A stretch of 64,000 bases of DNA from Candidatus Magasanikiibacteriota bacterium (GCA_052033375.1 JBPOJQ010000006.1:24791-88790), one strand, 5' to 3'; counted from the first letter of the stretch, positions 20,201 through 30,752 are shown. A program made the numbers and translations. The notes: generated by a model not told the origin, from the sequence alone.

Positions 20201-20345
20201 AAAACGAAGCCCAATACGGCTTCGTTTTAATGATAGAGTGTGGGAGGCGGACATAGCATAAAGCTACGTCGCGCCTCCATTCATCCTTGTATGGCCCGTT
20301 GGGAGCCAACGAGTGGCTGCGACCGAGGGTATACAAGGACACTCC
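20196..20345 (-). ncRNA. Candidate structured small RNA (three-way junction plus terminator)
   Basis: Closing stem GAGTGT/ACACTC, internal stems TCCTTGTAT/ATACAAGGA and GGAGGCG/CGCCTCC, upstream TTGACA at 20374-20369. Confidence 0.45.
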
Positions 20346-20374
20346 TATCATTACATAGAAATAAAAAAGTGTCA

Positions 20375-20625
20375 AAAAAATCGACTCTCGTCGATACTAC
20401 TAGTACATATGGGACAAGGAGGCATGAGGGATTGCTCCCCCATGCCTCCGAGCGAATTCGTCTTATCTCGATGAATGCACGGACTAGGCAAAGTGTATAC
20501 GGTATGCCGTAAACCGATACCAGAGACAATCCCGCACGCTGCATGATACCGGCAAAAGTGACAGACGGAACAACGAACACACTACCTACTCGTGGAGTCA
20601 GGGAGAACAACAAATTCATCCAGGT
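20375..20625 (-). ncRNA. Candidate structured RNA of about 250 nt
   Basis: Upstream TTGATT-N17-TATAAC; long-range pairs GATGAAT/ATTCATC and TAGGTAGTGT/ACACTTTGCCTA; GCAA-capped 3' hairpin; terminator ATCGAC-GAGA-GTCGAT plus T-run. Confidence 0.45.
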
Positions 20626-20658
20626 TATATCACATAATGTAAAAAAAATCAAGTGTGG

Positions 20659-21384
20659 TTAGGGTGAAACCGAATGTTTACGCAATACAATCTCTCGAGC
20701 GGCTTCGTACTTTTTCACCCGCGTACGCAAACCTGGGATCCATCGAAATGGAATGCGGTATGCAAATGAAGGTAACCAAGAACTCATAGTGCCACCCGTC
20801 GAAACCTGAAAAAGCACTTGATCTATCCATTCACCACGATTACCAGACTCAACAACAGTAAGCCACATATCCCAATCCTGAAATCGTTTCAATGATTCAT
20901 CCCACGACACTACATCTCCCACTCTCATAAGTGATGTAGTGGTAATAAAATTTTTCTTATATAATTCAGAAACTGAAAATGCCCGTCCGCGAAATAATTT
21001 TTTTCCAAATAAAAAATTAGAATAAACAAACGATATATCTTTTTGTGTATGCAACACACTATACATAGTATTGAGCATAGTGGGTCGTGCAATCACATCA
21101 GCGTCCCAAAAAATGACATACTCACCCTCGACCTCCCGAAATCCGCGATTTCTTGCAGCAGGGGCACCGTTATTTTTTTCTTGCCTGATACACACAAAGC
21201 TACGTCCCTCACGCTCATATGTAGCACGTACCCGTTCAAATGCGCTGCATACATCCTCGACACTTCCATCATCGACAATAATAATCTGCAACTGAGGATA
21301 TGTTTGCGAAACCAAAGATTCGAGAGATTTGAAAAAAATCTCTATACGATTATAAACCGGAATCACAACACTTATAAGCTCCAT
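20659..21384 (-). CDS. GT2-family glycosyltransferase
   Basis: SVVIPVYN, IVDDGS, ARNRG, FWDAD. Confidence 0.93.
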   Translation of the reverse strand: MELISVVIPVYNRIEIFFKSLESLVSQTYPQLQIIIVDDGSVEDVCSAFERVRATYEREGRSFVCIRQEKNNGAPAARNRGFREVEGEYVIFWDADVIARPTMLNTMYSVLHTQKDISFVYSNFLFGKKLFRGRAFSVSELYKKNFITTTSLMRVGDVVSWDESLKRFQDWDMWLTVVESGNRGEWIDQVLFQVSTGGTMSSWLPSFAYRIPFRWIPGLRTRVKKYEAAREIVLRKHSVSP

Positions 21385-22787
21385 AATGAATGAATTTCTT
21401 TTTTGTCTCCGCCACGAAGTTCGAGCGCATCTCGGACTACTTTTCGGTCATCCCAGGGAATCATTTTTCCACCAGCAACGCATAATGCCTGTTCACTCCC
21501 CTTTCCAGTGACTAGTACAATATCTCCAGCTTCTGCCATCATTACCGCGCGTTCAATTGCCTCTGCTCGATCCTCAATCAAAAATACATTTTTCCCTGAT
21601 ATTTTTCCTTTCTTTTCTACTGCATGTAATACATCACGCATAATCTCAAGAGGGTCATCATCATACGGATCTTCATCAGTCACAAATACAATATCCGCAT
21701 GCTTTCCAACAAATTCCCCGACACTCCATCTTCTTGATACATCACGCCCACCACCAGTCGATCCAAACACATGGATAATGCGTCGGGGTGCAAGTTTTGC
21801 AACGACCGCATAGAGTGCTTCCATCGCCTTCGGCTCAAAAGCATAATCGACAATAACACGAAATCCATAGTGCTCTGCCTCAGGGATAAATTCATTTCGC
21901 CCAGGTGCATTGGTACATACTCGGGCTGTATGAATAATCTGATCCCATGTAGTACCTAAAATTGATAGCACACTAAACACAATCGCACAGTTCTCTGCAT
22001 TATGTTCTCCATAAAGTGGTACCCGTATGTCATGACCATCAAGCGAAAAAGCGATTCCGTTTTGCTCACTTCGAGTATTCGAAAGAAGAAAATAATGATC
22101 AAGAGTGTCAATCATCCGCACTCCGCGTCCAAATGCATACGCATGATCAAAGGGTCCTTGTGATAAAAATTCTGGAGCATGCACTGAATCACCGTTCACC
22201 AAAGCAATTTTTGACATGTATTCGGTTCCAGGTCGAGTGAGTAAGGGAAATCCGAGTGCATCAGCATTTTTCTTAGTTCTTCCAAATCGTGCAATATAGC
22301 GAAAAATAGATAATTTTGCTTTTTTGTAATTATCAAAGCTACCATGAGATTCAATATGCTCAGGATATAAATTCGTGAGAATAATCATGTCATAATTAAT
22401 AAACTCATGACGATGCTGGACTGCTCCCTCTGAAGTAGTTTCAACAATCGCAATTTTACAACCCTTCGTAACCATTTCTCGTAAATACTTCTGGATCTGG
22501 GTACGACCGAGCATAGTCATTTTTTGATTGTTCAATTTATTTTCCCCCGCAATATGAAAATCAATCGTAGAAAGTGAACCAACGCGGTATCCCAATGCTT
22601 CGAGCATAGTACGAAGCAAAAAAACCGTGGTAGATTTTCCACTCGTTCCAGTAACACCAATTACCAAAAGCTCACGTGATGGATGCCCATATCGAATTGC
22701 ACCATACCAGGCAAATACCAAATGACGCAGATTAAGCATCGACTTCGGTACGTACTTTTTAATCAATTGTTTAATTTTTTGAAGCAT
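21372..22787 (-). CDS. murE: UDP-N-acetylmuramyl-tripeptide synthetase (MurE-like Mur ligase)
   Basis: IGVTGTSGKST, VETTSEG, VDYA, TDEDP, VTGKGSE. Confidence 0.88.
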   Translation of the reverse strand: MLQKIKQLIKKYVPKSMLNLRHLVFAWYGAIRYGHPSRELLVIGVTGTSGKSTTVFLLRTMLEALGYRVGSLSTIDFHIAGENKLNNQKMTMLGRTQIQKYLREMVTKGCKIAIVETTSEGAVQHRHEFINYDMIILTNLYPEHIESHGSFDNYKKAKLSIFRYIARFGRTKKNADALGFPLLTRPGTEYMSKIALVNGDSVHAPEFLSQGPFDHAYAFGRGVRMIDTLDHYFLLSNTRSEQNGIAFSLDGHDIRVPLYGEHNAENCAIVFSVLSILGTTWDQIIHTARVCTNAPGRNEFIPEAEHYGFRVIVDYAFEPKAMEALYAVVAKLAPRRIIHVFGSTGGGRDVSRRWSVGEFVGKHADIVFVTDEDPYDDDPLEIMRDVLHAVEKKGKISGKNVFLIEDRAEAIERAVMMAEAGDIVLVTGKGSEQALCVAGGKMIPWDDRKVVRDALELRGGDKKEIHSLWSL

Positions 22788-22829
22788 AGTTTGGGGCAAC
22801 AGACCATGTGAAATTTTTGACCATGGTCA

Positions 22830-23402
22830 TTATTTTCGAAGTGATAATTCATACACGATATGCTCAAGTTTCTGTACTGCACTTTTTGCCTGGTCGAACT
22901 TATTTCTGAGATAGCTGGTGAGATTACACTCGATAAGCTCTCCAATAATTTCGTCAGCCACCTCAGCGCACACTCTGACTGTAGTAGTATCCCCCGCAGT
23001 CGCAGCCTTAATCGCAAATCGATACAACTCGCCGGGTACATCCGTGAGACCTGCAACATATGATTCAGAATTGACCTTAATTCCCTTCACTTCTCCAATT
23101 TTGTGTGTGGTAACAAATTGGTAAAACAATTCAGCCTCAACAAATTCTTCCACTGCAGCTTTATAGGCACCCTCTTCGAGCACTCGTGAATCGCGCCCAT
23201 ACTCTTTTGAAACCTTTACCAAGAATTCACGCGATGAAGCAAGTTTTTCCTTTGCCTCGCCTACCTGATCTCGATGAAGAGCAAAAATCGCACGTTTTGC
23301 ATGAAAAAGCGCATCATTTGAATCTTTGATTACCTTTTGTCGAACTTCAGCATACGTAAGCAAATCTTTTCTAATTTTTGAGAGGAGACCGGTGTTCAGC
23401 AT
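22830..23402 (-). CDS. Translin/TRAX-family protein
   Basis: EEFVEAELF, YVAGLTDVPGELYR, LRNKFD motifs. Confidence 0.85.
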   Translation of the reverse strand: MLNTGLLSKIRKDLLTYAEVRQKVIKDSNDALFHAKRAIFALHRDQVGEAKEKLASSREFLVKVSKEYGRDSRVLEEGAYKAAVEEFVEAELFYQFVTTHKIGEVKGIKVNSESYVAGLTDVPGELYRFAIKAATAGDTTTVRVCAEVADEIIGELIECNLTSYLRNKFDQAKSAVQKLEHIVYELSLRK

Positions 23403-23411
23403 AATTTAAAA

Positions 23412-23813
23412 TTAATTTGTACTAATATTTCTTTTTTTGGCAAACAAACTGCCAATCCCATAAGAAAATCCACCCCAAACTATCATATTAAGCAAAATTG
23501 AAAATTCAGAAAAAACCGAACGTTGATTACATACAGCTCCCACATGTGCCCCTAAAAAATCCATAGAACAACCTGCATACGCACTGAAGGGAAAACCGAA
23601 TCCTAAAAACTTATCGTCATATGCTATAGTTGTAGTAAACCCTATAGGCTTATGCAGAAAATTAGAAGCTGCATTATCTGGAACAAGACTTATATTCCAA
23701 TAGAAATCTCCTGACCAAGATGCAATATACGAAAATCTAGTTAGTACTGCAAAAAGAAATCCGATTAAAAAACTAGCTAAAAATAATTTTTTCTCTAAAG
23801 GCAACAAAAACAT
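23412..23813 (-). CDS. Hypothetical membrane protein (AT-rich)
   Basis: 133-aa ORF with two hydrophobic segments. Confidence 0.6.
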   Translation of the reverse strand: MFLLPLEKKLFLASFLIGFLFAVLTRFSYIASWSGDFYWNISLVPDNAASNFLHKPIGFTTTIAYDDKFLGFGFPFSAYAGCSMDFLGAHVGAVCNQRSVFSEFSILLNMIVWGGFSYGIGSLFAKKRNISTN

Positions 23814-23994
23814 ACATGTTTAGTATAGCTAATACAGCACAAAAAGCAAGTAATACACTATTGAAGTTTTTGCTCATTGTTCCTTGCTAATTGCTTTTTA
23901 CTAAAAACAAAAACCGCCGTGTTTGGCCCGGCAGTTTTGCGGTGAAAACTGTTACCATGTGATTGCTCACACGGTTACACCTGGGATCCTGAAT

Positions 23995-24807
23995 TTAGTC
24001 GAGTCCAATCTCTGTCGCTGCACGCTTATATCCATTAATTCCGAGCTGATTTGACGACTGTAATCCGAATAATTTACTATGCATCTCCCACGCTTTTTCA
24101 GCACCCTGTTCTTTCGCACATTCGAATGCTTCTGCAGCTTTTTGTGCCTGTTGGTGGAATGATAGTGGGAAATGTCGATAGGTAAATCTAATCTTGTCCC
24201 CATATTCTTCAAGCATCTGTTTAATAGCTGGTTCAAATCGGAGACAAAATGGACACTCAAAATCAGAGAATTCAATAATACTCACTTTTGCATCCTCATT
24301 TCCCAACCAGATTGCATCAGGCAATTCGGGCATCGTTACCTTTACAATAGGTAATAATTCTCCAGTATTTTGATCTTTTTGCTTCAAGAAATCAAAAGCA
24401 GAATCCTTTGTCACATCTTTTCCAGCAAGCGCAGCATCAATTACCATTTTCAAAGCATTGTATGGAAAAGCACCGCTCACCAATACACCATTAACAAATG
24501 TCGCAGGAGTACCCTCGACACCAATCGCTGAACCGAGCTGCAAATCAGCCTCGACAACATTTGCAGTCTTTCCAGAATCGAGACATTGACTGAATTCTTC
24601 GGGACCTTCTACATTTCCATTTGCATCAGTCGTGACAGTGGTATTTGTATTCTTAGCCCCCTTCACAGAAGGAGATCCATCACCGAGCATAATACCAAGC
24701 AAGACAAAAAAACCGATCGTACAGAGCACCATAACTCCACCGACAAGCCCAACCACAAACATTTGTTTAGGTGACAGGAGTTCAAACACGCTTTTCTCTT
24801 CATTCAT
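23995..24807 (-). CDS. Membrane-anchored DsbA-family thiol oxidoreductase, circularly permuted
   Basis: TM helix, then GVEGTPATFVNG (cis-Pro segment), then EFSDFECPFC and YRHFPL. Confidence 0.88.
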   Translation of the reverse strand: MNEEKSVFELLSPKQMFVVGLVGGVMVLCTIGFFVLLGIMLGDGSPSVKGAKNTNTTVTTDANGNVEGPEEFSQCLDSGKTANVVEADLQLGSAIGVEGTPATFVNGVLVSGAFPYNALKMVIDAALAGKDVTKDSAFDFLKQKDQNTGELLPIVKVTMPELPDAIWLGNEDAKVSIIEFSDFECPFCLRFEPAIKQMLEEYGDKIRFTYRHFPLSFHQQAQKAAEAFECAKEQGAEKAWEMHSKLFGLQSSNQLGINGYKRAATEIGLD

Positions 24808-24985
24808 AACGTCCAAGTTAATTAATAAGTAATAAAAGCTTATGGCAAAGTATACCATGGGCTTGCAATTGATACAATTGTGGATAACGATTTATTTCAA
24901 TTGATCAATTTGACGTAACAAAAACATACTTGTATAGTACATACAAATAAAAATAATACAATACTACATTGCACTACTACACACT

Positions 24986-25567
24986 ATGAAACATGAATTA
25001 TATTCACTTCCCTACGATTTCAATGCACTCGAACCCCACATCGACGCGAGAACCATGGAAATTCATTATACAAAACATCACCAAACCTATCTGGATAATT
25101 TCCTAAAATTTTTAGAAAAATACCCAGAATTACAAGAAAAAACTGCTGAAGAAATTTTACGTTCACTTAATTCACTGCCGATCGATGAGATGGATAAGAC
25201 AATCTGCAGAAATCACGCAGGCGGGTTGGTAAATCACAATCTATACTGGTCAATCATGGGACCACACAAAAACGAAAATGTACACCTAAAAAAAGAAATA
25301 GAAGAGACGTTTGGTTCAGTCGACGCATTCAAAGAACAATTCAGTGCACTTGCAACCAAACATTTTGGAAGCGGGTGGGCATGGCTCGTACGAGATGAAG
25401 CTCAAAAACTAGTCACCTACTCTCTCCCCAACCAAGATTCACCTTATATGAAAGGCCATACTCCTATCATAGGACTTGACGTGTGGGAGCATGCATATTA
25501 TCTCAAATATCAAAACAAACGCCCTGACTATGTGAAAGCATGGTGGGAAGTGATGACACTGTTCTAG
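24986..25567 (+). CDS. sod: Fe/Mn superoxide dismutase
   Basis: HYTKHHQTY, FGSGWAWL, DVWEHAYYL. Confidence 0.96.
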   Translation: MKHELYSLPYDFNALEPHIDARTMEIHYTKHHQTYLDNFLKFLEKYPELQEKTAEEILRSLNSLPIDEMDKTICRNHAGGLVNHNLYWSIMGPHKNENVHLKKEIEETFGSVDAFKEQFSALATKHFGSGWAWLVRDEAQKLVTYSLPNQDSPYMKGHTPIIGLDVWEHAYYLKYQNKRPDYVKAWWEVMTLF

Positions 25568-25624
25568 TGATCGTCATGGGATACCAGACTTGACAAGATA
25601 CAAAAAATTGTGTATTCTCCGTAC

Positions 25625-26032
25625 ACTTTTTCAAGAGACCACAGCTCTATATCAGATTGGATATAAATTTGTGGTCTGAGTAGGGGTTATGGACACGTCC
25701 CCTTCAGAGGACAGCTCTGCGGGTCGGCCTCATCAACCCCCTCCAGAGAAATCTTTGTAGCATCGGGCTAACGTATCCAATGCAACAAGTGGGCAGATGT
25801 AGTGTCTGATGCGTCGCGCCATGCGCGAAAGCTCCACTCATGTGCCTGCCTATATGCATGCCAATGCTGCGAGGTTCACCCTCGCCTCGCATGAAGATTT
25901 TTGAGGTGCGCTAACGTGGTTTACCCTTGGGCCACGATACGCGAACACCTCTCTGTCCTCTGCACTTTTCCATAATAGCAATAGAACATAGGATAACAAA
26001 AAACCACTCTCATATACGATAGTGGTTTTTTG
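25625..26032 (+). ncRNA. Candidate large multi-helix structured RNA
   Basis: Promoter TTGACA-N17-TATTCT (25590-25618), nested long-range helices, terminator AAAAAACCACT...AGTGGTTTTTT, no long plus-strand ORF. Confidence 0.5.
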
Positions 26033-26069
26033 TTTTAACATTGCACCATGTATCAGACGGGATGCAAGT

Positions 26070-27416
26070 CTAGTAATCACTCAATTTATCAATTACCTCA
26101 AAACTCTTAATTTTTTCAATCGCTTTTGCCTCAATCTGACGAATACGTTCACGAGTTACCCCAAATTCCTTACCCACCTCTTCGAGTGTATGCGTGACTC
26201 CGTCTTCGAGACCAAACCGCATTTCCAAGATTTTTTTCTCACGTGGAGAAAGATCCTGAATCGCTTCGCGAATATAGTCTTTCAACAATTCAGAACCCGC
26301 AGCAGCTGACGGACTAATATTTTTTACATCCTCAATAAAGTCTGAGAGTGAGGTATCATCGTCGTCGTCATCACCGACAGAAGTTTCAAGTGATACGGTA
26401 TCTTGTGAAATCTTAATAATATGTTTTACTTTCTCGACGTCTTCGCCCATTTCTGCCGCAATTTCTTCTGGAGTTCCATCACGACCAAGATCTTGAAGCA
26501 ATCGACGTGATACTTGCTGAAGTCGATTAATTGTTTCTACCATGTGGACTGGAATACGGATGGTACGAGAATGATCTGCGAGCGCACGAGTAATCGCCTG
26601 CCTAATCCACCACGTAGCATACGTAGAAAATTTGAATCCCTTCCGATAATCAAATTTTTTAACTGCACGAAAAAGTCCGATATTTCCTTCCTGAATCAAA
26701 TCCAATAACGACAATTGTTTCCCCACAAATTTCTTCGCGATAGAGACCACCAGACGCAAATTCGCTTCAATCATACGTCTTTCTGCTTCTTTGTCACCAC
26801 GTTCTTTGCGTTTTGCCAAAGACATTTCTTCCTCAGCATTGAGCAAATGTACTTTTCCAATTTCACGCAAATACATCTGAATAGAATCTTGTGAAATACT
26901 TCCTAGATCAAAATATGAACCACTCTCTTTATCAGGCTGTTCACCCTGGAATCCCTGAAGCATTTCTCGCTTTTTCTCAACCGTATGATTACCTCCGAGA
27001 AGTCCTTCCTGACCTTCAACCAGAGAAATACTATTTTTATCCATGAGATTCAAAAAATACTCATAGAGATCAAGATAGAGTTCAGCTCGAGGAAACTTCA
27101 ATAGGACTTCTTTTTCAGTAAGAAATCCTCGATTGCGTCCTTTGGTCACGAACTCATGAATCTGATCTGCGGTTGGCGGAAGTACTATTTCCTGTTCAGG
27201 TTTTCGTTTAGGAGCCTGCTGTCGGAAATTACGTACAAATTTTTTCTTTCCCTGCTTTCCTCGATTTTTTCCAAATTGATTCCCGGTTTTTGCCCCGCTT
27301 ACGCGTCGGGATTGGGCTTTAGCACTAGGTGCTGATGGTGCCGCTTTTTTTGAAGCGGTGATAATTCGTTTCTTCGCTTTGAGCGATTGTTTAGTTGTCG
27401 ATGGTTTCTTGGCCAT
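26070..27416 (-). CDS. rpoD: RNA polymerase primary sigma factor
   Basis: [47 protein letters not shown]; basic N-terminal extension. Confidence 0.96.
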   Translation of the reverse strand: MAKKPSTTKQSLKAKKRIITASKKAAPSAPSAKAQSRRVSGAKTGNQFGKNRGKQGKKKFVRNFRQQAPKRKPEQEIVLPPTADQIHEFVTKGRNRGFLTEKEVLLKFPRAELYLDLYEYFLNLMDKNSISLVEGQEGLLGGNHTVEKKREMLQGFQGEQPDKESGSYFDLGSISQDSIQMYLREIGKVHLLNAEEEMSLAKRKERGDKEAERRMIEANLRLVVSIAKKFVGKQLSLLDLIQEGNIGLFRAVKKFDYRKGFKFSTYATWWIRQAITRALADHSRTIRIPVHMVETINRLQQVSRRLLQDLGRDGTPEEIAAEMGEDVEKVKHIIKISQDTVSLETSVGDDDDDDTSLSDFIEDVKNISPSAAAGSELLKDYIREAIQDLSPREKKILEMRFGLEDGVTHTLEEVGKEFGVTRERIRQIEAKAIEKIKSFEVIDKLSDY

Positions 27417-27448
27417 GACGATAAGAATAATTTTATTTAAAATAACCC

Positions 27449-29254
27449 TTATTGATATTGTTGTAGCGACCGGAGTAATGACTCGATAGTTGCGCTATCC
27501 CCCCGCATCTCTGCATCTCTGAGAGCATTCTGTATTACACTTCGTTTCTGTTTTATCCACTCTGATCGTATGCGCATTGCTAATGCGATGATCTCCTGCT
27601 CACGAGCTTCTGATGTAAAATCAGAAAACTCCTTCTCTCCCATGAGAAGAAGTACGTCGAGAGGATTTTCAGTGTCAACATGTGTATAACGCTCCCGTAC
27701 ATGTGTAAAATCACATGGTATACGCTGAGTATAGGCTATTTTTACGATTTCGTAAAGGTCTTGATGGAGTGCTGTGGAAAACGCATCAATCGTGAAAAAA
27801 TTCTCAGGTATTTTGAGCACCAATCCGGGCGCAATATATAGAAGAGAAAACAGACGATCAGCCAGCACTGTCAGATGATCTATGGTAGATTTCACCGGGG
27901 CTCCTGTAGGTGAAGAACTACGCGAATGGATGGTCTTCTGTTGTTCCTTGAGAATACGAGCAATGTCCTCGCGCAACACTACCACATCCACCTGAAGTCG
28001 GTGGGATAATGTTGAAAGCCAGTGATCACGTTCTACCGCATATGGTATTCGAGAAATTTCGAGCAATAGCTCATTTGCAATCTTTTGTTTTGTTTTCGGA
28101 TCGTCAAGTGGCATGTCTGCAAATGACCGATCAAAATACCATTGCATAATATCTTTCGCATGCGCAACAGATTCAAACCATACAGACGCATTTTTCTTAA
28201 TACATTCATCTGGATCTTTTCCTGCACCTTCTGGAATCTGAATAACTTTTACATTCATTCCATCTTCAATCAATAAATCAATACCTCGTTTTGCTGCAGC
28301 AATACCCGCAGAATCTGAATCAAAAGCCATATTTACATTCGTGGAATATCGTTTCAATAATGTTATCTGATGTTCGGTCAAAGCAGTACCGCTTGTCGCA
28401 ACCACATTAGTCATCCCCGCCTGATGACAGGCAATTACATCCATCTGGCCTTCGACCATGACAATCAAATCGCGTGCCTTGATTTCACGTTTTGCCTTAT
28501 TCAAACCAAACAAGACCCGCGATTTATCATAGAGTAACGTCTGAGGTGTATTCACATACTTTCCGCCACTATGTTCAGTTTCCACGAGCACACGACCAGT
28601 AAATCCGACTACAGCATCATGCGCATCCCAAATTGGAAACATGATGCGTCCACGAAAACGATCATAGTATCCCCGTCCGCTCCGCTCAGAAGTACCATCT
28701 TTCTTAATTGCAAGCCCACTCGCAATCACATCATCAATTGCATGTCCTTTTTTGAGCAAATACTTGGTGAGAAGATCCCACTGATCCGGAATAAATCCGA
28801 TTTGCCAGGCACTAATAGTCTCATCTTTCAATCCACGATTAACAAGATATTCAAGCGCTGGTCTGGACTGAGGAAGTTTGAGAAGAATGTAATGAAAAAA
28901 TTTTGACGCATCATGATTGATATCTTTCAAACGATTTTTCTGACTAGTCTCAGTGGTATTAATTGTTCGAGATAATACAATACCTGCCTTATCAGCAAGA
29001 AATCGGAGTGCATCCCGAAATTCCATTCCCTCAATTTCTTGAATAAACGTAAACACATCCCCGCCTTTGGCACACCCAAAACAATGCCAGCTCTGTCGCT
29101 CGCGATTTACCATAAACGAAGGAGATTTCTCGTGATGAAACGGACAGAGTCCCTTGTGGTTGACACCTGCCGGCTTCAATGCAACATACTCAGAAATCAA
29201 GTCCACCACATCGACCTTCTCTTTTATACGTGTAATGTCATCGTTCATACTCAT
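27449..29254 (-). CDS. dnaG: DNA primase
   Basis: [11 protein letters not shown] zinc-binding motif, [22 protein letters not shown]. Confidence 0.97.
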   Translation of the reverse strand: MSMNDDITRIKEKVDVVDLISEYVALKPAGVNHKGLCPFHHEKSPSFMVNRERQSWHCFGCAKGGDVFTFIQEIEGMEFRDALRFLADKAGIVLSRTINTTETSQKNRLKDINHDASKFFHYILLKLPQSRPALEYLVNRGLKDETISAWQIGFIPDQWDLLTKYLLKKGHAIDDVIASGLAIKKDGTSERSGRGYYDRFRGRIMFPIWDAHDAVVGFTGRVLVETEHSGGKYVNTPQTLLYDKSRVLFGLNKAKREIKARDLIVMVEGQMDVIACHQAGMTNVVATSGTALTEHQITLLKRYSTNVNMAFDSDSAGIAAAKRGIDLLIEDGMNVKVIQIPEGAGKDPDECIKKNASVWFESVAHAKDIMQWYFDRSFADMPLDDPKTKQKIANELLLEISRIPYAVERDHWLSTLSHRLQVDVVVLREDIARILKEQQKTIHSRSSSPTGAPVKSTIDHLTVLADRLFSLLYIAPGLVLKIPENFFTIDAFSTALHQDLYEIVKIAYTQRIPCDFTHVRERYTHVDTENPLDVLLLMGEKEFSDFTSEAREQEIIALAMRIRSEWIKQKRSVIQNALRDAEMRGDSATIESLLRSLQQYQ

Positions 29255-29400
29255 TCGAGAGTACCTTATTGTGGATAAACTTTCAAGATGAATAGTGATA
29301 ATATTGACAAAAAATAAAACAATACTATAATTCGTCTTTGTGTCTTGGTGTCTAAACTGAGAGGGAAAAAACACGCACATGTAGATGAATGAGGGTACAT

Positions 29401-29547
29401 ATGCTTGGCTTGAATGGCGATATCCTGCTTGCAGGATACGCTTTTTTCGGCACCATCGTTCTCATGGTTGCGATTCCTGCAGTGCTCATGTGCACTCGCA
29501 ATTACGAGAAACCGAAGACCATCTCAAAGAAGGGACGAAAACCGTAG
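29401..29547 (+). CDS. Orphan 48-aa single-TM membrane protein (below the ORF-track cutoff)
   Basis: TTGACA-N16-TATAAT at 29304-29331, GAGGG SD, MLGLNGDILLAGYAFFGTIVLMVAIPAVLMCTRNYEKPKTISKKGRKP. Confidence 0.55.
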   Translation: MLGLNGDILLAGYAFFGTIVLMVAIPAVLMCTRNYEKPKTISKKGRKP

Positions 29548-29852
29548 AGGAGGACTCGGACCAAGGCGAAAAAAAAGCGCGTAAACAACATGCTCGAAAC
29601 CGAGAATGCTCGTGCAGATCTCGATGAGGCAGGCTTCTGACCCCCCCACTACCCCCACAAGAGGAGTAGACCACACAGCTTTCTACGAAGAAGGGTATCC
29701 GCGGGGGAACAACAAAATACCAGTTGCATCCCCCACTGTTGGACCCGAATCATATCGGATCCAGCACAAGGAGAACTATGCAACTGGTATTTTTGTATCA
29801 CGATATTGTGTTGACAGCCAATGTGCCACCCCGGATCAAAAAGTCTCCTGAG

Positions 29853-30560
29853 TTACAATGCGATAAATGGACGAATGACAGTTCCCTTGAATTTCTTTCC
29901 TTGAATTGCCTTTGCAACTTCGCCCAGATCACTCCCGCGTACGATTGAAACAGTCATACCATATGTCTCCGCACTCCTACTCGCGATCGGATCAAATGGA
30001 GAATTTTTTCCCGGTTCCCACACATTCCCGACAATATCTCGACGGTACGTTTTCCAATCAATATTCTCTATTTTTTCCGCGTCAGAAAACTGATTTGGAT
30101 CTTTGGTGTACACATATTCAATATTGGAAATATTTACCAATTCACGTGCGCCGTATGTTCGCGCGAGCAATACTGCATCAGCATCCGTACTGCATCCGGG
30201 CTTCCATCCACAAGCAACAATAATTGATTTTGATGTTTTTACAGGCTTAGTCGGATCAAAAATGACTTCGCCATATGCGTGCTCTCCAAAAAAAAGACGA
30301 ACAAAGTTTGCATTAAGTCGTGTGGTTTCAATTCCAATCAAATCAAGTTGATGATGTTGTTCACCAATCATGGCCCTGAGACCTGCCTGATAGGTGCGAG
30401 CTGTCGTACCACCACCCACCACCAAAATAAATCGAATACCTTTTCTCGCTTCCCTAAGAATCAGGGCTTTGAATTTCTTGAGGAATTCGATATCGAATCC
30501 GGTCGAAGGGATGATAATCGATCCTCCAATGGAGAGAATTTTGGTTTGTCGTTTCGCCAT
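29853..30560 (-). CDS. pyrH: UMP kinase (archaeal-like subtype)
   Basis: LSIGGS, VVGGGTTARTYQ, GWKPGCSTD, VYTKDP, PFDPIA. Confidence 0.92.
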   Translation of the reverse strand: MAKRQTKILSIGGSIIIPSTGFDIEFLKKFKALILREARKGIRFILVVGGGTTARTYQAGLRAMIGEQHHQLDLIGIETTRLNANFVRLFFGEHAYGEVIFDPTKPVKTSKSIIVACGWKPGCSTDADAVLLARTYGARELVNISNIEYVYTKDPNQFSDAEKIENIDWKTYRRDIVGNVWEPGKNSPFDPIASRSAETYGMTVSIVRGSDLGEVAKAIQGKKFKGTVIRPFIAL

Positions 30561-30752
30561 ACACGTGAATAATTAAATTGACTAGCACGCACCTTGAAGC
30601 CGCTCGACGTGCGATACGCTGTCTTTCCTTTGCCTGCACGATTCGAACTATACTTTTTCATAATACCCTAACCACTAGACACATCACACATCTGTAATAT
30701 ACACATTTTGACTATATAAAGATATCAAAATGTAAAAATATTGCATAGATCT

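Noticed and set aside
25800-25845. Hammerhead-like CTGATG...stem...GAAA within the structured RNA candidate
   Set aside because: The core reads CTGATGC rather than CUGANGA, and I could not find stems I and III with a cleavage triplet.
30461-30661. 66-aa basic ORF overlapping the pyrH start
   Set aside because: It overlaps pyrH by about 100 nt in another frame and has no recognisable motif, so it cannot be supported.
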